DNA of 64,000 bases from an uncultured virus (IMG/VR IMGVR_UViG_3300028920_000066). Lineage: Duplodnaviria; Heunggongvirae; Uroviricota; Caudoviricetes. The stretch is taken from IMG/VR virus record IMGVR_UViG_3300028920_000066. One strand, written 5' to 3'. Below, in pieces: positions 57,651-64,000 of the stretch. Every line of letters begins with the position of its first letter. Within the stretch, counting starts at the first letter, position 1. Both the position numbers and the translations under genes were made by a program. Below the pieces are notes generated by a model that was given only the letters and a program-made list of their open reading frames with translations, searched no databases and was not told the DNA's origin.

Positions 57651-58070
57651 TTTTTTTTTAACCTGAGAGAACTTTTTAGAAACCTCATTTTCATACTGTG
57701 TGATAAGACCAGAAATAACACCCTCACCAAGTCCTTTTAATAAATCTTCTATTTCTTCAGACTTTTTGGCAGGAAAAGTCTTACCTTTAACAGTAGCACT
57801 TACTAAAGCTTTAGAAATTTTTAACACGTTAAGAGTATTGGTATAGACATTTGGAGAACCTGTAATAAGAACACCACGTTTTTCCATTTCGTTGTCTATA
57901 TCTTCTAAATCTTTCTGTGTCAATTCTCTTAGGGTGAACTCTACGTCTTTGTTAATTTGCAAAGTAAACTCCATATTTCCTGAAATAAGTCTTCTTAATT
58001 CAGTAATATTAAGTTCTGTTCCTAACTCTTCACCCTGTCCGTTCACGTCTACTTCAATTTTCTTCTCCAT
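57642..58070 (-). CDS. tail assembly chaperone (G-like)
   Basis: FTLRELT motif; between tube and tape measure; ends GTT AAA AAA AAA GCA CAA TAA. Confidence 0.8.
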   Translation of the reverse strand: MEKKIEVDVNGQGEELGTELNITELRRLISGNMEFTLQINKDVEFTLRELTQKDLEDIDNEMEKRGVLITGSPNVYTNTLNVLKISKALVSATVKGKTFPAKKSEEIEDLLKGLGEGVISGLITQYENEVSKKFSQVKKKAQ

Positions 58071-58085
58071 TTCCTATCTCCTCCT

Positions 58086-58739
58086 TTAAAAGTTTATATC
58101 TAAATCAAATGTGTTTCCAGCATTTGGCAATTCTACCCCCAAAGAACTTAAAGCTTCAGCACCTAAATTTACTCCCGTCTGAATAATATCAATAGGGGCA
58201 AATGTTCTTGCAACGTCTATATTAAGTTTTGATATAAGAAGCAAATTACCGTCCATATCATAAGCAACATTGTCACTTTTAATCCAGCAATCCAAGTGTA
58301 TTATGCTTTTAATTTCCCCGTCAGGAGCTTCCATAAGTTCTACTATCATCATAGGAGCTGTTTGTTTAATTGCTCCCCCATAATTTATAGACAAAACGCT
58401 ATCAAAAAGATTATTGTCTTTATAAAATTGAACCTTATCTAAAGTTAAAGCTATATCAATTTTTCCTGGTATCTTTTGAACTGTTTCATAATTACCAAGA
58501 ATACGCTTTTCTGAAATATCTCTGGAATATGTTTTGCTAACTGATTTTACTCCACCAATAAGAGTTCCAGAATTTCCTAATGCTTGACTTAATACCGTAG
58601 AATAAAAATCAGTATAAGCTCTACCTACGGTGCTTACAAGCGAAGAAAAAATTTGAGGATAAATGTAACCACCAAAATCAATTGACTGGCTTACTCTCCC
58701 CTGTGTGTGGGGAATGGAGTGTGTTTTCTTGACTGCCAT
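58086..58739 (-). CDS. tail tube-like protein 2
   Basis: paralog of 58765-59292 (MAVKK.., LTLDKV.FYK, CWI). Confidence 0.7.
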   Translation of the reverse strand: MAVKKTHSIPHTQGRVSQSIDFGGYIYPQIFSSLVSTVGRAYTDFYSTVLSQALGNSGTLIGGVKSVSKTYSRDISEKRILGNYETVQKIPGKIDIALTLDKVQFYKDNNLFDSVLSINYGGAIKQTAPMMIVELMEAPDGEIKSIIHLDCWIKSDNVAYDMDGNLLLISKLNIDVARTFAPIDIIQTGVNLGAEALSSLGVELPNAGNTFDLDINF

Positions 58740-58764
58740 CTCTGTATCCTTTTCAAGTTATTTA

Positions 58765-59292
58765 TTAGCCAACACCCTCGATAATTCCTGCCGTGTTGAT
58801 ATTTAAAGACTGAGCTAATAATAAATCACCAGGTGCCGCTTCAAATTCATAAGGGTTATTTTGAATCCAACTACCCCAGAATGTCCAAGTTCTTTGAATT
58901 ACATCATCAGGAGCAAGTAATTGTAATTGTATAATCTGTGGCTTGTCCTGATAACCAACATCAGCCGCTCCAAATCCTAACGTTTCAAAAAATGTTTCTT
59001 TATATAATACAACCGTGTCTAAAGTAAGTTTATAGGTAGGTAATCCTGGATAAGTTTCTTTTACTGTTCCAGGTGCTGTTCTGTTAAAAACCCTATATTG
59101 ACCTCCACCCTCTCTGTCGTTAGTATAAGTAAATTTTGTAACACTACCCACTTCTACTAAGGGCTGTGATAAAATATCTGCCGCTGTAAAATCCTTTGTC
59201 CCGTCATAGCCATTAGGGGTCATAAGAATTGCTATATACGGTTTTAACCTTACTCCTGTATACGGAACTGAGTAATCTTTTTTTACTGCCAT
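58765..59292 (-). CDS. tail tube protein
   Basis: directly after the sheath; ETYPG..LTLDTVVLY..GSWI. Confidence 0.75.
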   Translation of the reverse strand: MAVKKDYSVPYTGVRLKPYIAILMTPNGYDGTKDFTAADILSQPLVEVGSVTKFTYTNDREGGGQYRVFNRTAPGTVKETYPGLPTYKLTLDTVVLYKETFFETLGFGAADVGYQDKPQIIQLQLLAPDDVIQRTWTFWGSWIQNNPYEFEAAPGDLLLAQSLNINTAGIIEGVG

Positions 59293-59313
59293 TTTGTATT
59301 ACCTCCTATTGTT

Positions 59314-61461
59314 TTATTGCTGTATTGTAGCCCCAAAAGTTACAGATATCCAGTTCAGGTCAAACGTAGGTCTGAACAAGAACCTTATATCTAATTGTCT
59401 TGGGTCATTTTCATTAAATTGAATTTCAACGTTCTGATATCCAGCAATAGTCCCTGTATTAACTTTTTCAGTTAATATCAAGTTTATAAAGCTGTCAGCA
59501 ATCGCAAGTATATTCTTACCATTGTTTATTATCCTTACATTGATAAGTGTTGAAGAAAGAGTTCCTCTTAATGTCTTTTTAAGGTCGTCTATCTGTTTGA
59601 TTACTTTTAATTCACTATCAATAATATCGTCTACCTTAGTTGAAAGATAATGAATTATTTTATAATCAACACCTTGCTTTTCAGTCACGATAGCACCGTT
59701 GCCACCAAGAGTTCTTTTTTCTTGTCTTAAATATGGGTCATCAATATAATCAAATAATAATGTTTTACCACTTATTGGCTCACCAGCGTCATAGTTTGGA
59801 TTAGTTATTAACCCAGCTATAGCTGAAGCTATATAGCTTCCGTCTAATTGCCCAAGTCCTGTTATTCTTGCATATGGGCTTGATACAACGCCAACTCTTG
59901 CGTCTTTAATTCCTGTTGTAAGATTAACAACATCTTGGAAGTCGGTTATTGAGGCTTTTACGCCAAATAGAGCCATTCTTTCTTGTTTAGTGGTTACTCC
60001 ATTCATTTCATTAAGATAAGATTTTATGTAGCTTACAATTGAATCATTTTCATCTACACCTTTCATATATACCATACACCATCCCTGAAATCCATTTACC
60101 AATTCTTTTGTATTATCAATAGCTTTTCTCATATTGTTGTCGTCAACAATGTCTTCTTCACTTTGGCTACCCATAAAAAGAGTTGCACCGTGATTTTGAG
60201 CTATTGTTGAAGCTATTGAAATTTCAGATTCAGGTCCGTTTTTAATTGAAATGTCAGAAGTTTCATCAAGAACTTCTGAAAGAACTGGTGCTACGGTAAC
60301 ATCATTTGTGTCATCGTCAATAGCCATTATTACTCTTATTTGACCCTCTCCCGTTCCACCTGTTACTTTAATGTAATTCCCTGCCGATAAACCTGAAAGG
60401 TCTGTCTTAGGTAAAATGTCAAATGTTGAGGTAGCGTCTGGGGCGGTTGCCAATGCAGGAGATACTGTAATATTATCTCCAGTATCGTCTACGTCTGTAA
60501 CAATACTTGTTTCACCAGAACCTGTTCCAGCAGTTCCAACATAATAATCACCAACATTTATATCCGACAAGTCAGGAGAACCAGTAACATTAACAACAGT
60601 TGTTGTTGAAGTTCCAGTAGCTGTTCCTGAAAAAGTTGGGGTTGCTGATGAAGGACCTACTTTAATATTAGTTGTTGTGTTGCCAAAACTATAAGCTTTC
60701 CCTGAAACTATTTCTGTTGGAATAGCATATGCACCATACTCAGCGTAAACGTCTTCAAGTCTTGAGAAAAGCTTAGGAACATATTCAGAAGAAAGTTTTA
60801 ACCTTTTGTATACAATTGTATATGTTTGACCCTCTGCTGGTTCTTTACTTATTATTTTCTGACCTTGAACATAACCTAAATCAGCTAATGAAGAACCACC
60901 CTCAATTATAACCAAGTCACCAGTAATTTTAATATATTCTTCTGAACCTACAGTTTCTTTTGTTACAGGAGTATCTGTTGTTCCTGACGCAGTTTGATAA
61001 TCTGCATTTATCTGGTCAATTACACCAGAACCACCGTCTATAACTATAGGGTCTGTTCCTGTAAATGTGACAGTAAATGTTGTTGAATCAATATTTAATT
61101 TTAAAGTTTTACCGTTCACGTTATATCCTGAACTTCCATCTGCTGTATTAAGCAGGTCTTGTGGCTGATTCCAATCAACGTAATAAGCTCCTCCACTTTC
61201 TATAAGCTTATAATCCACGTCCTTTGTATAAATAATATTGTTTGAGTCGCTGATACTCAAAATTTTAACAACAGTATATTCATCTGTTATTAAATCTGTA
61301 TCAAGATTTGTCCTTTCAATTCCTGCTGATATATCGTATTCCTTTCTTCCCAGACCAACAAAGATAGGAATAAATGTCCCTCCTGTTACATTAGGTGCTG
61401 GAACGTTCTCTATCTTAATATAAACTCCTGGTTCAACATACTGGTTTGTGAAACTTGGCAT
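59314..61461 (-). CDS. contractile tail sheath protein
   Basis: N-terminal YVEPGVYI, C-terminal DPRQLDIRFLFRPTFDLNWISVTF. Confidence 0.9.
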   Translation of the reverse strand: MPSFTNQYVEPGVYIKIENVPAPNVTGGTFIPIFVGLGRKEYDISAGIERTNLDTDLITDEYTVVKILSISDSNNIIYTKDVDYKLIESGGAYYVDWNQPQDLLNTADGSSGYNVNGKTLKLNIDSTTFTVTFTGTDPIVIDGGSGVIDQINADYQTASGTTDTPVTKETVGSEEYIKITGDLVIIEGGSSLADLGYVQGQKIISKEPAEGQTYTIVYKRLKLSSEYVPKLFSRLEDVYAEYGAYAIPTEIVSGKAYSFGNTTTNIKVGPSSATPTFSGTATGTSTTTVVNVTGSPDLSDINVGDYYVGTAGTGSGETSIVTDVDDTGDNITVSPALATAPDATSTFDILPKTDLSGLSAGNYIKVTGGTGEGQIRVIMAIDDDTNDVTVAPVLSEVLDETSDISIKNGPESEISIASTIAQNHGATLFMGSQSEEDIVDDNNMRKAIDNTKELVNGFQGWCMVYMKGVDENDSIVSYIKSYLNEMNGVTTKQERMALFGVKASITDFQDVVNLTTGIKDARVGVVSSPYARITGLGQLDGSYIASAIAGLITNPNYDAGEPISGKTLLFDYIDDPYLRQEKRTLGGNGAIVTEKQGVDYKIIHYLSTKVDDIIDSELKVIKQIDDLKKTLRGTLSSTLINVRIINNGKNILAIADSFINLILTEKVNTGTIAGYQNVEIQFNENDPRQLDIRFLFRPTFDLNWISVTFGATIQQ

Positions 61462-61480
61462 TTTTTATTACCTCCTAATT

Positions 61481-61747
61481 TTATATTTCCTCTTCTGGAA
61501 TTAGTGTATCTTGCTTATCTTCTTCTTTTTCTTCCTGTTTTTTCTTTTTGCTACGTTTAGTTTTGTTTTTTTGTATCTTAGGCATAACTTTAAGTTCTTC
61601 TTCTATTTGTTTTGATTTAACTACTTTGTTTTGTATAAGTCTTATTATTACATCGTCTAATTCTTTTACTACAATAAACTGTTTATACTTTAAAGATTTA
61701 CCTTTTACTGTAATCTGTCCAAATGTTTCATTTGTTATCTTAAACAT
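61481..61747 (-). CDS. hypothetical protein
   Basis: 88 aa ORF upstream of the sheath. Confidence 0.6.
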   Translation of the reverse strand: MFKITNETFGQITVKGKSLKYKQFIVVKELDDVIIRLIQNKVVKSKQIEEELKVMPKIQKNKTKRSKKKKQEEKEEDKQDTLIPEEEI

Positions 61748-61756
61748 TTTAACTCC

Positions 61757-62467
61757 TTATTTCTTATATGGGTTCGGTGGCTCTGGAGGTTTCGGTGTCG
61801 GCTTCGCTGGTTTCGGTATATCACTTGCATCCCCATAATAAGTTCCAATCTGAAAATCTATATTTTGTATTGTGTCATATAAATCTTTATCCAAATAGTG
61901 AGTGAACTCCGTTTGACACTCTATCGTAATAGTGTTTCTATGAACAACCTTATTAGGTCCTTCCACACTTCCCTCTTCAGAAGTTATTCCACCATTTGTT
62001 ATATCCACATACGCTATATTTTTTTCTAAGAACTTTTTCTTAAATAAATATCTAACATAAACACCTACGATATCTGAAAGGTGTTCTATGTCCCTTTTTG
62101 TTCCTGCCAGAATATCTATGTTTACTCCAATTTTAAGAAAGCCTCCATAAAGATATCCTTTTATTCCATCTACCTCTACGCTGGTTTCTTTCATAAACTC
62201 GTCACCAACATAAGTCATACTCATATCCCCTCCACCCAATGTTACAACTATTATCGGCAACTTGGATATCCTTTGAGGATAATCGCTTCGTATATCTACT
62301 TGGCTCAAGTTTATATCTCGGCTATACCTATATTTTTCTGGTGTAGCAGGGTGTTCAAAAGCCACTCTTAAAGCTGTTATGAACGCTCGTTCTATATAAT
62401 TATTATATAAATATATAAAAAACGGTTCTTCTACTTGCCCTTGTCTGGGTCTTTCATCAACATTCAC
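61757..62467 (-). CDS. putative tail completion / neck protein
   Basis: YPQRISKLPIIVV; position before the sheath. Confidence 0.55.
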   Translation of the reverse strand: MNVDERPRQGQVEEPFFIYLYNNYIERAFITALRVAFEHPATPEKYRYSRDINLSQVDIRSDYPQRISKLPIIVVTLGGGDMSMTYVGDEFMKETSVEVDGIKGYLYGGFLKIGVNIDILAGTKRDIEHLSDIVGVYVRYLFKKKFLEKNIAYVDITNGGITSEEGSVEGPNKVVHRNTITIECQTEFTHYLDKDLYDTIQNIDFQIGTYYGDASDIPKPAKPTPKPPEPPNPYKK

Positions 62468-62477
62468 CGTCTTACTC

Positions 62478-62504
62478 CTTTATAAAATAAAATTATATAA
62501 CTAA
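62478..62504 (-). promoter_or_regulatory. 27-bp conserved intergenic motif, copy 3, heading the tail operon
   Basis: plus strand CTTTATAAAATA-AAATT-ATATAACTAA. Confidence 0.7.
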
Positions 62505-62506
62505 TT

Positions 62507-62761
62507 TTAAGGCAAAATTCCTGTAATAGGTGTTCCACTTGCTGTTGAACCAGTTACTGTTTGAGTGCTTTGCCAAGCAGTCCAAGTCAAATGAACCCCC
62601 TCAGCAATAGCGTCTACTATCTCGTCTAATTGGTCTTGAAGCTGGTCTTGATGTTCTGTAACCTCATTAGTTTCAGCATTAAATTCTTGTCTATAAAACC
62701 CTTTTGCTAATAGCTGAGTTTTAATATTTTGTTTAAGCAAATCCTTACTGGGAGCGGGCAT
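62507..62761 (-). CDS. hypothetical virion-associated protein
   Basis: 84 aa ORF with GGAGG RBS. Confidence 0.6.
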   Translation of the reverse strand: MPAPSKDLLKQNIKTQLLAKGFYRQEFNAETNEVTEHQDQLQDQLDEIVDAIAEGVHLTWTAWQSTQTVTGSTASGTPITGILP

Positions 62762-62762
62762 T

Positions 62763-63257
62763 TTATACTACCTCCTTTTTCTTTCGTTTCTTTATAAAAT
62801 CCCAAATCAATGGAATTAAAAACCCTATAGCTAAAACCTGATAAGTAATAGGGTTATGAAACATATTGTAAAAAAAATCTCCAATACCTGAAGCAGAACT
62901 ACTATAATCCATATCTGGAGATAACATAACTATATCTCCTCCAGAACCATATCCTCCAACTCCCCCACCACCAATGCCAGACCCTGAAGTTCCTATTTCT
63001 TCTACAATATCAAGGTCTGGGTGTATAGCCTCGTCTATAGGTAATTTTGCTTTTAGTTTTCCTTTTGACGTTTTCTGTAAAAAATATATTCCCCAATTTA
63101 CGAGCGTCATAACCGAAAAGCCTAAAACCATTATCCCGTTTCTAACATCTTTAATCCACTCACCTATGGCTTCACCTTTAAGTTTTAATATCTCTGCTTG
63201 AAGTTTTTCTTTTTTTAACTGTTCAAGTGTTTTCTCTTTTTTCTTTTTCTTCCCCAT
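62763..63257 (-). CDS. two-TM membrane protein, holin candidate
   Basis: two hydrophobic segments with basic termini, close to the endolysin; start MGKKKK after AAGGAG. Confidence 0.5.
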   Translation of the reverse strand: MGKKKKKEKTLEQLKKEKLQAEILKLKGEAIGEWIKDVRNGIMVLGFSVMTLVNWGIYFLQKTSKGKLKAKLPIDEAIHPDLDIVEEIGTSGSGIGGGGVGGYGSGGDIVMLSPDMDYSSSASGIGDFFYNMFHNPITYQVLAIGFLIPLIWDFIKKRKKKEVV

Positions 63258-63537
63258 CTTGTAGCTCCTTTGATTTAGACAGGTCAAACTCTTCTCTATC
63301 ATAAAATTCTGCTTGTTTACCCTCGTTCCATTGTTTTACTGGGCGGAAGTAACCAACTACTCTGCTGTATACTTCACATTCTGTTCCTTTTACGTTTTCT
63401 AATTCTTCTTCCAATTCCTTTATTTGCGATAATATTTTTTTATTTTGGGGAGTAAGTTCTATCCTTTGTCCGTCCAAAATAATTGTTTCATATTCCTTTA
63501 CTTCAATTTCAGTTTTTTCAATAGTCAAATCACCCAT
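63223..63537 (-). CDS. stand-alone NrdD C-terminal glycyl-radical domain protein
   Basis: CEVYSRVVGYFRPVKQWNEGKQAEFYDR; start MGDLTIEK after AAGGAGG. Confidence 0.8.
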   Translation of the reverse strand: MGDLTIEKTEIEVKEYETIILDGQRIELTPQNKKILSQIKELEEELENVKGTECEVYSRVVGYFRPVKQWNEGKQAEFYDREEFDLSKSKELQDGEEKEKRENT

Positions 63538-64000
63538 TGAAATCCTCCTTATAAGAATCATAAAATTGTAAACCAGGACAGCTCTTATAACTTGCATACT
63601 CTCGGTGATAACTAATTTTTAAATCACCGAATTTATCTTTCAAATATCGTATCAACATTTTCAATAATAGTAATTGCGATTCATTTGGGCGATTCTTATC
63701 GAAGTTACCCACAACACATATTCCTATACTCTTTGAATTGTGCCCAACCGTGTGAGCACCACCTTGATTTAAAGGTCTACCCACTTTTACAACATAATCT
63801 TCTACATTAAGAAATTGGTCTGCCTTATTAAAAGCCGTTAAGTCTTTTTCTATAATGTAATGATAACCTATGTCGCTCCAGGGTTTTGTTACTTTTTTAC
63901 CCTTTTCAATTAACTGTTTCGCTTCATCTTCCGTGATAATATTACCCTCATATCTCCAACTCGTATGAAATCTTTTTATTGCTTCAAAATCTGATAATTC
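63530..64000 (-). CDS. N-acetylmuramoyl-L-alanine amidase (Amidase_2) endolysin, 5'-truncated by the window edge
   Basis: WSDIGYHYII, GRP..GAHTVGHNSKSIGICVVGNFD, YHRE..KSCPG; frame open to 64000. Confidence 0.9.
   Translation of the reverse strand, partial: ELSDFEAIKRFHTSWRYEGNIITEDEAKQLIEKGKKVTKPWSDIGYHYIIEKDLTAFNKADQFLNVEDYVVKVGRPLNQGGAHTVGHNSKSIGICVVGNFDKNRPNESQLLLLKMLIRYLKDKFGDLKISYHREYASYKSCPGLQFYDSYKEDFNG

Noticed and set aside
42230..62467. Extracellular contractile injection system or tailocin
   Set aside because: Contiguous with a full replication module, tRNAs and phage-like small ORFs, so a phage genome is the simpler reading even though head genes lie outside the window
283..63201. 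All plus-strand ORFs in the track
   Set aside because: They are antisense shadows of minus-strand genes (Ser/Phe/Ile-rich, no RBS, no recognisable motifs)

Overview
AT-rich (roughly 30% GC by eye) segment of a large lytic-type myophage genome. Essentially every credible gene is on the minus strand. Reading in transcription order (64000 -> 1): endolysin and putative holin; a contractile-tail/baseplate module (sheath, two tubes, frameshifted tail chaperone, tape measure, hub, spike, gp25, baseplate J); a patatin; a bacterial-type replication/recombination module (SF2 helicase, DnaC-like loader, DnaB, DnaN, primase Zn finger, RadB-like ATPase, SSB, SbcCD, DnaE); two tRNAs; a sigma-like factor; large acidic multidomain proteins; RusA; then Ro60, GroES, RecA and a PLD nuclease. 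Two systems stand out. (1) A phage Ro60 (TROVE-vWA) gene is followed by a boxB/boxA-like leader and six tandem Y-RNA-like ncRNAs (7053-7993). They share one covarying scaffold but each carries a different cargo: minimal, T-arm only, circularly permuted tRNA (YrlA-like), non-permuted tRNA body with a UAU anticodon, and two large non-tRNA multi-hairpin domains. (2) A GGDEF diguanylate cyclase gene is joined through an A9 -1 frameshift to a polyvalent protein, giving about 2005 aa with HAD phosphatase, GNAT and Acb1-like 2H phosphoesterase domains separated by recurring [VI]-x-[AS] linkers. A 27-bp putative phage-specific promoter occurs three times and a 16-bp TGAC-T8-AACT motif is clustered near 700-1600. 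All calls come from reading the sequence and motif recognition; no database searches or folding programs were run.
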